Positions 54,191 to 64,000 of a DNA stretch of 64,000 bases are shown here, piece by piece. A program made the position numbers and the translations under genes. Within the stretch, counting starts at the first letter, position 1. Each line of letters opens with the position of its first letter. Source of the DNA: a virus. Location of the stretch: the IMG/VR virus record IMGVR_UViG_3300037420_000510, positions 325-64,324 of that record, one strand, 5' to 3'. Under the pieces are notes generated by a model that searched no databases, was not told the DNA's origin, and worked only from the letters and a program-made list of their open reading frames with translations.

Positions 54191-54621
54191 TGGACAAAGC
54201 ACAGATTGTCGCGCTCGCGAGGGCGCAACTCGGCGCGCGTTGGGAGCATCAGGCGCGCGTCGGCGGCGTAGCCATGGACTGCGCGGGCCTGCCGATCCTT
54301 ATCGGCCAACGCCTCGGAATGTCGGTCGATGCACTCGCGAACTACGGGCGCCTGCCGGTGCCGGCCGAGATGCGGCGCGAACTCGACGCGCACCTGATGC
54401 GCGTGCCGAAAGCGTCGATGCAGCCGGGTGACGTGACATGGATCCGCTTCGAGGTCGAGCCGCAGCATTTCGCCATCGTCGGAGATTACGCGCATGGCGG
54501 ACTGTCGTTGATTCATGCGTACAACGGCGCCGGCATTAACAAAGTGGTCGAGCATCGACTCGACGAACAGTGGCTATCGCGCATCGTCGGCGTGTGGCGT
54601 TTTCCGGGAGTAGAAGCATGA
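54190..54621 (+). CDS. NlpC/P60 peptidase, tail-associated
   Basis: WEHQAR...DCAGL...QHFAI...LIHAY. Confidence 0.88.
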   Translation: MDKAQIVALARAQLGARWEHQARVGGVAMDCAGLPILIGQRLGMSVDALANYGRLPVPAEMRRELDAHLMRVPKASMQPGDVTWIRFEVEPQHFAIVGDYAHGGLSLIHAYNGAGINKVVEHRLDEQWLSRIVGVWRFPGVEA

Positions 54622-57029
54622 GTGTTGTCGGCACCATTGCAGCAGCGGCCACTCTTGTCGTTACGGGCGGGAACGTCGCTGCAGCACTAACCGCCTACAG
54701 TATCGGCAGCGGCGTGCAGGGCCTGCTGTTCCCGCAGGAGATTGAAGGACCGCGCCTCACCGACTTGAAGCCGCAGTCGTCGGAGTATGGCCGCCCGATC
54801 CCGATCGTCTACGGTACCGTCGCACTCGGCGGCAACGTCATCTGGGCATCCGACTATGTGCAGGAAGAAGACAACTCAGGCGGCAAGGGTGGTCCAAGTG
54901 TCACGACCTACAGCTACTACGGTAACTTCGCCATCGCCTTCTGCGAGGGCGAGGCCACTGTCGGCCGCATGTGGGCTGGGCCTGAAAAGCGCCTGATCTG
55001 GGACGGCGCGACCCTTGAGGGCGGCGGCTCGGTGCGCTTCTACACGGGCAGTGAAGACCAGTTGCCGGATCCGCTGATCGAATCCTATCTCGGCGTCGGA
55101 AACGTTCCGGCGTATCGCGGCACGTGCTATGTCGTGTTCGAGCATTTCCCGCTTGCGAAGGACGGCAATACGCTGCCCTTCATCACCGCCGAGATTGGCG
55201 CATCAAGTAAAGACACATGCCCGGTTCCGGCTTCCACGGTGAGCGTGGGTGGATATACCTATCACATCTACGATCCGGCGCCGGTCAAGATCGCGGATAC
55301 CGCCAGTGATATCGCGGCGTATGGACGGGTCTTCTCCGACTCGCTGACCGGCTGGATTTACTACACCTATAAGGACGAGACGGCGACATGGTATCTGGAT
55401 CGTGTCAATCCGGATACGGGAGTATCGGGGCCGGCTATCGGGCTTGGTACGGGCACGTGGAAAATGGCCTGGAATAATCAGGGGCGAGCACAAATCATCA
55501 CCTATGGAGATACAGGAATCGTATCCGTCAACCTCATTGACTGGGTGTATTCCATTGACATGCCTCTGCTTGGCATTGTTTGCGTTGACGGCGAGGCGCA
55601 CTGTGCCGTCGTCTCAGTACCCGTAGCGGATGTATGGTGGAATGATGTTGAAGGCATGTTTCAGTACCTATCATGGAGTAACAGCGTAAATGGTTACGTG
55701 GATGGCATCCCAGCAATCGAAGACGTTGATATCGTAATACGTCGCACAGGCAACCCGCAGACAACATTCAAATGGGAGGCCACAGGCGAACGTTTTGGCG
55801 GCGACCTAATGCCGATGTGGGGCGCCGATGCGGCGGCGGCCAGTTTCTCTACCCAAAATTCAAATTATGCGCCGGTGCCCGGCATTTACTGGGATGCGTA
55901 TGATTCCAAGCGAAGAATCATCGTGGACTTTACCGCTGGCGTGTACAACGGTATGGGTGCGTATGTCGACACAGCCGGGTTTGCGATTCCTGATTTAAGT
56001 GAGGGGCAAGCGGTTTACAGCCCGGATCAGGATATGTTCTACGTCGTTGACAACATGAGCATTCGCGCCTACGACCCGGATAAACTCAGCCCTTCTGGCT
56101 GGGAGCCTGAGGACTGTGTTCTCTACAACGGCTCGGTGTCGCAGGCTTATCAGGATGGCGAGCCGATCCCCGTTAACAACTCCATGCGCGTCTTTTTACT
56201 GCCAACCGAGCCGGACTGGCTTGGCGTGATAACTGGCGGCGGTGACATCATGAAGATCTTCATCGGCGCCGCGGGCGAGACCACCGCGAACGGGGCGGTG
56301 CTCGCGGATGTCGTGTCCGACCTGTCCAAGCGAGCCGGTTTGACGACCGGGCAAATCGACGTCGACGCCCTGACGGATATCGTAGACGGCTACTCCATCG
56401 CGCGTCAGACGACAGTCCGGAACGCAATCGATGCCTTGCGGCCTGCCTACTATTTTGATGCGGTCGAGAGCGGTGGCAAGGTCAAATACGTCAAGCGCGG
56501 CGGCGCCCCGGTGGCCACGATTGACGCTGATGACTTGAACGCGCGGAACGAAGGCGAGGCTGCGGGTGATCCACTGATGACCACGCGGCAAATGGAAGTG
56601 GAGTTGCCGCGCGTGGTGAACGTGAACTACCTGCTGGCTGCGACGGACTATTCGCCGGCCACCAAGAGCGCGAAACGTCTTGTCGGCGCAAGCGGTAACG
56701 AATCGACCCTCGAAATGCCGCTGGTGCTCACGGATACAAAGGCGCAGGAGATCGCCGACGTGAACCTGCAGGGCTCGTGGGTGCAGCGCCTGGCGTATTC
56801 GTTCACTCTGCCGCGTAAGTACTCGTACCTTGAGCCGGCCGACCACATCATCATCAATGGGAATGGCATGCGCCTGACGAAAATAACGCGTTCTCCGCAT
56901 GGCGTGCTGAAGTGCGAGGCGGTTGCCGATGGACAGACCTTCTACACGTCGAGCAGTTCCACCATCGAGACGCCGGCCAATCAGCAGTCCGTCTTCATCC
57001 CTGGAACGACCACGCTGGAGCTCATGTGA
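54618..57029 (+). CDS. Tail tip/host-specificity protein, N-terminal part (GTA gp15/J-like)
   Basis: YGRPIPIVYGTVALGGNVIW, VPAYRGTCYVVF, ELPRVVNV. Confidence 0.88.
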   Translation: MSVVGTIAAAATLVVTGGNVAAALTAYSIGSGVQGLLFPQEIEGPRLTDLKPQSSEYGRPIPIVYGTVALGGNVIWASDYVQEEDNSGGKGGPSVTTYSYYGNFAIAFCEGEATVGRMWAGPEKRLIWDGATLEGGGSVRFYTGSEDQLPDPLIESYLGVGNVPAYRGTCYVVFEHFPLAKDGNTLPFITAEIGASSKDTCPVPASTVSVGGYTYHIYDPAPVKIADTASDIAAYGRVFSDSLTGWIYYTYKDETATWYLDRVNPDTGVSGPAIGLGTGTWKMAWNNQGRAQIITYGDTGIVSVNLIDWVYSIDMPLLGIVCVDGEAHCAVVSVPVADVWWNDVEGMFQYLSWSNSVNGYVDGIPAIEDVDIVIRRTGNPQTTFKWEATGERFGGDLMPMWGADAAAASFSTQNSNYAPVPGIYWDAYDSKRRIIVDFTAGVYNGMGAYVDTAGFAIPDLSEGQAVYSPDQDMFYVVDNMSIRAYDPDKLSPSGWEPEDCVLYNGSVSQAYQDGEPIPVNNSMRVFLLPTEPDWLGVITGGGDIMKIFIGAAGETTANGAVLADVVSDLSKRAGLTTGQIDVDALTDIVDGYSIARQTTVRNAIDALRPAYYFDAVESGGKVKYVKRGGAPVATIDADDLNARNEGEAAGDPLMTTRQMEVELPRVVNVNYLLAATDYSPATKSAKRLVGASGNESTLEMPLVLTDTKAQEIADVNLQGSWVQRLAYSFTLPRKYSYLEPADHIIINGNGMRLTKITRSPHGVLKCEAVADGQTFYTSSSSTIETPANQQSVFIPGTTTLELM

Positions 57030-59032
57030 ATATCAACATGTTGAGGGACACCGACGACAATCCTGGATACTACGTCGCCGTTACCTCGCCTGATCCGAAA
57101 TGGCCGGGGTGTGCGCTCTTTCGCTCGGACGACAACGGCGCTACGTACGCGCAGATCGCTACCATGGCAACGGCTGCCACGATGGGTCGGGTACTGGGCA
57201 CGCTCGGCACTTTTACCGGGGGGCACATCCCCGACGAGATCAACACCATCAAGGTTACCTTGACGCGCGGCTCGCTATCGTCCGTGCCGTACGCCTCTTT
57301 CCTGAATGGCGCGCAGACGGCGATCATCGGCGACGAAATAGTGCATTTCCGTGACGCGGTACTCAATGATGACGGCACATACACCGTGTCGGGGTTCCTG
57401 CGCGGGATGCGCGGCAGTGAGTACGCGATGGGCACGCACGTCGGGGGGGAGCGCTTCATCCTCCTGAACACCTCCACGATCATACGCATCCCGGGCGTGA
57501 CGGCGGACCTGCACGTGGCCAAGCTCTACAAGGCGGTCACGCTCGGCGGCACGCTTGCCAGGACGAGCTCGCGCAGCTTTACCAACGACGGCGCGGGCCT
57601 CAAACCCTACGCTCCGGTGCATATCGGCGGCGGATGGGACGCGGATGGAAACCTGATGATCAACTGGGTCCGGCGCACTCGCATTTCCGGCGAATGGCGA
57701 AACAACGTCGACGTGCCACTTGGTGAGGCGTCAGAGGTCTATGAGGTCGAAATCGTTGATGCGACATTCACGACCGTGAAGCGCACCTTCAGTGGCTTGA
57801 CTTCACCGACCGTCACATACAGCGCCGATGACCAGGCGGCTGACGGCTACGAGGAGGGCGATCCCGTCTATGTCCGCGTCTACCAACTGTCGGCGATCGT
57901 TGGGCGTGGCTACCCGGGTAATGCGGCACTCGGCCTTGTAGGCGAATTGGCCGGCACGGGGCCTGTCGTCCCGACGCTGTATGTATCCACTACAGGCAGC
58001 GACTCCAATAGCGGCACCAGCGCTACCAGTCCATTCCGAACAATCCAGAAGGCGGTTACGGTGGCGACTGCCGGAGATATCGTATCCGTCGCCTCTGGAA
58101 CATATGCCGAGACCATCTATGGCACCAACGACGGAACCTCGAGCCAGCCGATCAAGTTTGTCTCTGCTACCCAGTGGGGCGTGAAGATCGTCCCGCCAGC
58201 TGCCAATTCCAGCCGCGACACCGCCTGGGACCACCGTGGCGACTACGTCACCATCGACGGCTTCGAAGTGGATGGCACAACCGATCCGACGACCGGGCAG
58301 TTCTGGCGCGTCGGCATCAACGTCACCGGCACGAACTCTCTGGTCACGCGCTGCCATGTGCACCACATCTACCGCAACCACGACGCCGACAGCGGCGGCG
58401 GCGCCGGTATCCTGTGCGACAGCTATTACGGCCAGAATGGCGCCAGCGCCACTCGCAACCTCGTGCATCACATCGGCCCGGCCAGCGGCGTGGGTGGCAG
58501 CTTCGTTCAGGGCATCTACTTCACCACGGCGCAGGCGAAGATCGAGAACAACATCGTCAGCAACGTGACCGGCTACGGCATCCACGGCTGGCACGACGTG
58601 CGCAACACGAAGGTGACCAACAACACGTCGTTCCACAACGGCACGGGCGGCTTCGTTGTGGGTGGCGGCGACTACGTGAACCAGAGCGCGCCCTGCGACT
58701 ACATGGTGGTCACGAACAACATCTCCTACGGGAACACGGGCGTCGGCTTCGAGGAGTCGGGCGATAACGGCGCGCACAACATCTGGAGCAACAATCTGAG
58801 CAACGGCAATGGCACGGACTGGTCTCTGAATACGTCTTCCCACGTCAACGACGTGGCGGGCTCGCCGGGCTTCGTCAACTACCAAGCCGATGGCTCTGGC
58901 GACTATCACCTGGATACCGGATCGCCCGCAATCGGTGCTGGCTTGGCGACCTATGCGCCGGCGATAGACTACAGCGGCGTTACCCGCACTTCCCCGTTCG
59001 ATCTTGGGGCCTACAAATACACGGGCACATGA
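57026..59032 (+). CDS. Tail tip C-terminal part fused to a DUF1565/parallel beta-helix domain
   Basis: GTG overlapping TGA, GGAG RBS; WVRRTR...PLGEASEVYEVEI; YVSTTGSDSNSGT...PFRTIQKA. Confidence 0.85.
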   Translation: MNINMLRDTDDNPGYYVAVTSPDPKWPGCALFRSDDNGATYAQIATMATAATMGRVLGTLGTFTGGHIPDEINTIKVTLTRGSLSSVPYASFLNGAQTAIIGDEIVHFRDAVLNDDGTYTVSGFLRGMRGSEYAMGTHVGGERFILLNTSTIIRIPGVTADLHVAKLYKAVTLGGTLARTSSRSFTNDGAGLKPYAPVHIGGGWDADGNLMINWVRRTRISGEWRNNVDVPLGEASEVYEVEIVDATFTTVKRTFSGLTSPTVTYSADDQAADGYEEGDPVYVRVYQLSAIVGRGYPGNAALGLVGELAGTGPVVPTLYVSTTGSDSNSGTSATSPFRTIQKAVTVATAGDIVSVASGTYAETIYGTNDGTSSQPIKFVSATQWGVKIVPPAANSSRDTAWDHRGDYVTIDGFEVDGTTDPTTGQFWRVGINVTGTNSLVTRCHVHHIYRNHDADSGGGAGILCDSYYGQNGASATRNLVHHIGPASGVGGSFVQGIYFTTAQAKIENNIVSNVTGYGIHGWHDVRNTKVTNNTSFHNGTGGFVVGGGDYVNQSAPCDYMVVTNNISYGNTGVGFEESGDNGAHNIWSNNLSNGNGTDWSLNTSSHVNDVAGSPGFVNYQADGSGDYHLDTGSPAIGAGLATYAPAIDYSGVTRTSPFDLGAYKYTGT

Positions 59033-59073
59033 GCACCATCTCGTAGTCGGTCTGCATTAACAACTGCCGCACA

Positions 59074-59100
59074 GGCCGCCTTCGGGCGGCTTTCTTTTTG
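59074..59100 (+). terminator. Rho-independent terminator
   Basis: GCCGCC-TTCG-GGCGGC followed by a T-rich run. Confidence 0.7.
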
Positions 59101-59108
59101 GGACATTC

Positions 59109-61952
59109 ATGAGTAACAGCACGACGAATCTTGATCTGATTTCCGCCAGCCAGGCGAACAAGGAAGTCACCGCTAACGCCATGTTTGACGCAGCATCGCC
59201 CGCGATGCTGTTCGGTCGACGCGCCAGCACTACGGCTGCGCTCACCTGGGGCTACTACGGTGGCACCCTGCTGGTGGCGGGTACGCCGACACCGATTGCC
59301 AACGGCATCGTGGCGCTGACGGCGAGTGCCACGAACTACGTCGAGGCGACAACGGCAGGCGTAGTCAGTGCGAACACCAGTGCGTTCACATCTGGCCGGA
59401 TCCCGCTTTACACGGTCGTTACCGGTACGGCCACGGTCACCAGTTACACCGACCATCGTACAAGCGCGACCGGTACGGGTGGAGCAGCGGGCACGGTCAC
59501 GAGCGTAGGTTTATCCGCGCCGGCAATTTTCAGCGTCAGCGGATCGCCAGTCACTACATCTGGAACGCTCTCGTTCAGCCTGGCGACACAAGCGGTCAAC
59601 ACCGTGTTTGCCGGGCCCGCATCCGGAAGCAGTGCGGCCCCGTCGTTCCGCGTCCTGGTCCCGGCTGATCTGCCGGTAATGATCGGCTCGGGCGCGAGTC
59701 ACGCCGCCGGTATTGTTCCCGACCCAGGTAGCACCGCTGGCACGGCGAAGTATTTGCGTGAGGATGGCACGTGGGCGACACCTCCAGGTGCTACATCCGG
59801 CACCGTCACCAGCGTTGGCCTGTCGGCCCCAGACTTCCTGTCGGTCTCCGGCTCGCCCGTTACCAGTTCCGGCACGCTCGCGCTGACCTATTCTGGCACG
59901 GCGCTGCCGGTCGCCAACGGCGGCACCGGCGGCACCAGTGCCAGCGCAGCGCGCACAGCACTCGGACTGGCAATCGGCAGCGACGTGCAAGCGTACGATG
60001 ACGAACTTGCCGCGCTGGCTGGACTCACTTCGGCAGCAGACCAACTGCCGTATTTCACCGGAGCCGGCACGGCATCGCTTACCACAATGACAGCGTTCGC
60101 GCGCTCGATTCTGGACGACGCCGACGCAGCTACCGTGCGTGCGACTATCGGCGCCGGCACCGGCGGCGGCGACGCCAGCGGGCCGGCATCGGCGGTTGAT
60201 GGCCACCTGGCCGTGTTCGACGGCACGACTGGGAAACTGATCAAGGACGGCGGAGCCGTGCCGACGGGCACAGTTACCCATACGGGCGGGGCGCTCACCA
60301 GCAACGCTGTCGTACTGGGCGCCGGGACCGCTGACACCAAAGTGGCTGCCGGCATCACGACGGACGGAACTTCGGCTCTGAATCTCGGTGTGGCAGGTGC
60401 CTCTGTTGGCAAGGTGGTGCTGGCGAACGCCACGAGCGGCACCATTACCGTCCAGCCAGCCACGGGTGCGCTCGGAACCGTCACGCTGACGGCGCCGGCT
60501 ACCACTGGCACGCTGGCGCTGACCTCGGATATCACCGGCACGAACAGCGGCACGAACACTGGTGACGAAACCACAACGACCATTGGCGCCCTGATCAACG
60601 GCGCCGCCGCCAAGACTACGCCGGTCGACGCCGACTACGTAGGCCTGATGGACAGCGCAGCCAGCAACATCCTGAAAAAACTCAGCTGGGCGAATATCAA
60701 GGCGACGCTGAAAACGTATTTCGACACGCTGTATGCGGCCTTTGGCGAGACCGTAAATGCGCAGACCGGGACGACTTACACCTACGTGAATGGCGACGCC
60801 GGCAAGCTCGTCACGCACACGAATGCATCATCGATTGCCGGCACGTTGCCGCAGGCGGGGAGCGGCGGTAACTTCGCGGCCAACTGGTGGATGGACGTCC
60901 AGAATCGTGGTGCGGGGACGCTGACCATCACGCCGACCACTTCGACCATTGACGGCGCATCCAGCCTGACGGTATCTACGGGGCAGGGCGCGCGCATCGT
61001 CAGCGACGGCACGAACTACTTTACCCAGCGCGGCGGGGCTGGAGGTAGTAGCAGCACACCGACGAGCATCGCCGGCACGAATGGCGGGACCGGCGGCGAC
61101 GCCACAGTCACCGGTGGCTCGTCGTCCACCACGGCTGTCGCGGGCGGGGGTGCGATCATAGTTGGCGGTAGCAGTTCATCCACCGGATCGGGCGGCCCAG
61201 CATCCTTGACAGGCGGCACGAGTACCAGCGGTAGCGGCGGCACGGCGACCGTGGCCGGTGGCGCAGGTTCATCTTCGACCAACGGCGGCGCGGCAACTAT
61301 CAAGGGTGGTGCGGCAGGCGGAAGTTCCGGCTCCAACGCGGGTGGTGCGGTTAACGTGACCGGTGGCGCATCTGGTGCTACGTCCGGATCATCCGGCGGT
61401 GCCGTGACTATCGCTTCCGGGAACTCAAACGGAGCGCCCGGTCCAGCCGTTACCGTGACAGCTGGCAATGCTGGCGCGGCCAGCTTCGGTAACGGGCAGA
61501 CCGGCGGGGCAATCACAGAGGCCGCCGGAACCGGTGGAACCGCAACCTCTGGTTGGACCGGCGGCACAGGCGGAGCGGTGACATACACGGCAGGCACAGG
61601 CGGGAACACATCTGGCGCTGGGTCGCCGGGTCCGGGTGGGGACGCAAAGCTGGTCGGCGGTGCAGCCGGGACAGGTGGCACCGGCAATGCCAACGGCGGC
61701 AACGTGGTCTTGACGCCGGGCGCCGGGTCTGGCACTGGGGCACGGGGTAACGTGGTCCTGAACGGCACCGGATCCGCACTCTCGACGTCAGCAACGGGCG
61801 GATTCACCTGTATTCCAACTTGCGCTGGCACGCCGACTGGAACGCCGGCCAGCATCCCGACCGGCACCGTTCCGATGGTCTTCGATAGTACCAATTTCAA
61901 GATTTACGTCTACGTGAGTGGAGCATGGAAAGCTACCGCAGCATTGACCTAG
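59109..61952 (+). CDS. Gly/Thr/Ala-rich tail fibre-like protein
   Basis: [11 protein letters not shown]-terminus; two [11 protein letters not shown] repeats; glycine-rich C-terminal third. Confidence 0.85.
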   Translation: MSNSTTNLDLISASQANKEVTANAMFDAASPAMLFGRRASTTAALTWGYYGGTLLVAGTPTPIANGIVALTASATNYVEATTAGVVSANTSAFTSGRIPLYTVVTGTATVTSYTDHRTSATGTGGAAGTVTSVGLSAPAIFSVSGSPVTTSGTLSFSLATQAVNTVFAGPASGSSAAPSFRVLVPADLPVMIGSGASHAAGIVPDPGSTAGTAKYLREDGTWATPPGATSGTVTSVGLSAPDFLSVSGSPVTSSGTLALTYSGTALPVANGGTGGTSASAARTALGLAIGSDVQAYDDELAALAGLTSAADQLPYFTGAGTASLTTMTAFARSILDDADAATVRATIGAGTGGGDASGPASAVDGHLAVFDGTTGKLIKDGGAVPTGTVTHTGGALTSNAVVLGAGTADTKVAAGITTDGTSALNLGVAGASVGKVVLANATSGTITVQPATGALGTVTLTAPATTGTLALTSDITGTNSGTNTGDETTTTIGALINGAAAKTTPVDADYVGLMDSAASNILKKLSWANIKATLKTYFDTLYAAFGETVNAQTGTTYTYVNGDAGKLVTHTNASSIAGTLPQAGSGGNFAANWWMDVQNRGAGTLTITPTTSTIDGASSLTVSTGQGARIVSDGTNYFTQRGGAGGSSSTPTSIAGTNGGTGGDATVTGGSSSTTAVAGGGAIIVGGSSSSTGSGGPASLTGGTSTSGSGGTATVAGGAGSSSTNGGAATIKGGAAGGSSGSNAGGAVNVTGGASGATSGSSGGAVTIASGNSNGAPGPAVTVTAGNAGAASFGNGQTGGAITEAAGTGGTATSGWTGGTGGAVTYTAGTGGNTSGAGSPGPGGDAKLVGGAAGTGGTGNANGGNVVLTPGAGSGTGARGNVVLNGTGSALSTSATGGFTCIPTCAGTPTGTPASIPTGTVPMVFDSTNFKIYVYVSGAWKATAALT

Positions 61953-62075
61953 CAGAGGGGCGTTAGAGGCCGCCGGCCTGATCGCCGCAGGTCGGGCTGC
62001 GGAGATTCTGGCGCTCTGATGGCCGATCGGCAAGGCGCGCGCCCAAAGCCGCACCCCGCTTCTCGATGCCGCGGA

Positions 62076-63068
62076 CTAACGATCGGTCACTGCTCGAATC
62101 GCGTCGTTGATCTTGTCGCTGTCGTGGGGGGGCGGATACAGCGCGCAACGATCTGACCTGTATTTCTCGCCACGCACGAATGCACTAATCCACCTGTGAT
62201 ACGCAAAGATAGCGAATGTCGCAACGAACGCGCCGCCGATCATATCGATTAGGTAGTGCCCTCCCTGGGTGGGCAGGGAAATCATCATTAATCCATTAAG
62301 GGAAGCAACCAAGGGAAAGAGTTTTGAATAGCGGTAGGCATACGATAAGAGAACGGCGCCGACCATATGAAATGAAGGAAACGCGATAAGCCCCTTAACC
62401 ATCAACACAGAGAGATATTGTGTAGCACCACTACGTAGCGAGAGGATTTCTGCCACCTCCGGCGATTCCATTTGGTGATATGGGTATGCACCAAGTGCGG
62501 GGAGAAAGCCGGCAACAATACAGCAAATTAGTAGGGACATTATCGTCGTCCACCATAACTCTCTGGCGCGCGCCATTTGTGCGGCGCGTGAGAAGAATAG
62601 GACCGCGATAAATGTTTGCGGGATCAGGCTTACATATGCGAGCGCGAGCGCTTTGTGCAAGACTGGATGCGCTTGCACGAATTTAAACCAAGCGATCCAA
62701 TGGAAGCCCAGCGCACTATCGATTATTGAAAATCTGGCGTCCAATAATGGGAATGCAAGAGTCGTGCAAAGGTATGAAAAAGTTGAGCCGACAACGATCT
62801 TTCCAAGCCATAGTGAGAGGTAATAGCTTATCTGCGCGATGCGGTGAGCTAGACCGGCCATCTCAAGAATCAATCCAAGCGAGAACGGGATAATGATCAA
62901 GAAGAGGGCTGCGCTCACATCGATCAACTCAATGTTGGCGAAATACGCCCAAACGCCATTGAGCCCCGCAATAAAAAGAAGCAGCAACAACGCATGCGCG
63001 TCCACTGTGATTCTGTTGCGATCAAGTAATGGTCGACTTACGACCATTTTTGCTTCGGTCATCGGCAT
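62076..63068 (-). CDS. PAP2/AUR1-like multi-pass membrane phosphotransferase (moron)
   Basis: Several TM helices; FPSFH and GGHYLIDMIGG motifs; low GC. Confidence 0.82.
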   Translation of the reverse strand: MPMTEAKMVVSRPLLDRNRITVDAHALLLLLFIAGLNGVWAYFANIELIDVSAALFLIIIPFSLGLILEMAGLAHRIAQISYYLSLWLGKIVVGSTFSYLCTTLAFPLLDARFSIIDSALGFHWIAWFKFVQAHPVLHKALALAYVSLIPQTFIAVLFFSRAAQMARARELWWTTIMSLLICCIVAGFLPALGAYPYHQMESPEVAEILSLRSGATQYLSVLMVKGLIAFPSFHMVGAVLLSYAYRYSKLFPLVASLNGLMMISLPTQGGHYLIDMIGGAFVATFAIFAYHRWISAFVRGEKYRSDRCALYPPPHDSDKINDAIRAVTDR

Positions 63069-63376
63069 ATATCCTCTTGGAATTGTTTTCACCGATCGGA
63101 TGGCCCGCGCCAAATTTCACGTAGAGGAACCATGTTCTGCGTCATCTTCATGCTGCCTCCAGCGTGAAATCAACATCGGTCGCTGCTGACTCGACAGACG
63201 ATATTCCAGTTTTGTCTTTATTGCAATGCAATCCGGCTATGTCAGCTACTTTCCAATTCAAACGACATGATCGATCCGGGGCACTGCGACAAGTATTGAC
63301 CCGACCAAGCCGGCGCTGACCGGCAAACGCTTCCACTCAACCCGCCCGCACCTGTGGGCTTTTTTACGGGCCCACC

Positions 63377-63640
63377 GTGAACGATCAACTCAACCAAGCA
63401 GAAGCCCTTGCCACCGCCAGGATCTCCATCGCACGTCTTGAGGTGGAGGTGGCGCATCTGCGCGCAGGTCTTGCGGCCGTCGAAGAGAGTAACCAACAAC
63501 TGACCGCCAAGTTGGATCAGGTGCTGCTTACCCTTTCCGAGGCACGCGGCGGATGGAAAACGCTGATGGTCATCGGCGGCGCAGCGTCGGCGGTCGGCGG
63601 TCTTGTGACGTGGCTGGCGCAGCACTTCTTCAAGGGGTAG
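63377..63640 (+). CDS. Holin-like/lysis-associated membrane protein
   Basis: Coiled coil plus C-terminal TM; directly before the endolysin. Confidence 0.65.
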   Translation: MNDQLNQAEALATARISIARLEVEVAHLRAGLAAVEESNQQLTAKLDQVLLTLSEARGGWKTLMVIGGAASAVGGLVTWLAQHFFKG

Positions 63641-63643
63641 GCC

Positions 63644-64000
63644 GTGAGCATATCCACCCAACTCAAAGCGTTTCTCGACACCATCGCAACCAGTGAGCTC
63701 GGGGCGCGACTGCTAACGGTGTCTGACAACGGCTACAACGTCCTCGTGGGCAGCACTCCCGACCATCCGCGCCTGTTCGCAAGCTACCTCGATCACCCGC
63801 GCCAGTTGATCGATTTGCCGCGGCTCGGTATCAAGTCGACGGCCGCAGGCAGGTATCAGCTGCTTGCGCGCTACTTCGACGCCTACAAGAAGCAGCTTGG
63901 CCTGCGCGACTTCTCGCCGGCGAGCCAGGATGCGATCGCCGTGCAGCAGATCCGCGAGCGTGGCGCGCTGGCCGACGTGGAAGCAGGGCGCTTCGACAGC
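63644..64000 (+). CDS. Lambda-R-type lysozyme (GH104), 3' truncated
   Basis: AFLDTIATSE...GYNVLVG...STAAGRYQLL...DFSPASQD. Confidence 0.92.
   Translation, partial: MSISTQLKAFLDTIATSELGARLLTVSDNGYNVLVGSTPDHPRLFASYLDHPRQLIDLPRLGIKSTAAGRYQLLARYFDAYKKQLGLRDFSPASQDAIAVQQIRERGALADVEAGRFDS

Larger units (their letters stand above)
1..64000. mobile_element. Temperate siphophage genome (near-complete, permuted within the lysis module)
   Basis: Complete ordered set of integration, immunity, replication, packaging, head, tail and lysis modules; no host housekeeping genes seen. Confidence 0.93.

Noticed and set aside
63132-63167. 11-codon ORF with a good RBS (MFCVIFMLPPA)
   Set aside because: Too short to support; may be a remnant or chance
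1-64000. CRISPR array, reverse transcriptase/DGR/retron, tail invertase system, IS elements
   Set aside because: No regularly spaced repeats, no YxDD RT motif, no serine invertase and no transposase recognised

Overview
The whole window looks like one temperate, lambdoid-organised siphophage genome. Small conserved ORFs and gamma/beta-type LexA boxes suggest a betaproteobacterial (Burkholderiales/Oxalobacteraceae-like) host; this is inference. The window opens inside an embedded Rz/Rz1 spanin pair and closes inside the endolysin. A tRNA-Ser 3' fragment flanked by arm-type repeats precedes a P4-family integrase at about 3.15 kb. Together these fit an attP (excised or circularly permuted) or tandem-prophage configuration. 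Gene order: lysis end and cargo (HTH-phosphoesterase, LexA-controlled DUF2471/imuA), att, int/xis, leftward early operon (Lar, NinB, YqaJ exonuclease, SSAP, HNH), immunity region, replication (DUF1376 initiator, SNF2 helicase, MTase, DnaB, ParB-like), C5 MTase, resolvase, Q-like gene, structured late leader, RelE/XRE TA, terminase, portal, capsid, tail with GTA-like tip, fibres, PAP2 moron, holin, lysozyme. The strongest leads are five: (1) a repressor with no S24 autocleavage domain, convergently paired with a small ORF that resembles its C-terminal domain, near an orphan LexA box; (2) a C5 methyltransferase whose motif IX is in a nested alternative-frame ORF; (3) a ~450-nt highly structured non-coding late leader; (4) paralogous GGA-loop RNA elements ahead of the scaffold and capsid genes; (5) membrane-linked morons (Mrr-like nuclease, lipoprotein, PAP2). 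All family assignments come from motif recognition by eye; no searches were run.
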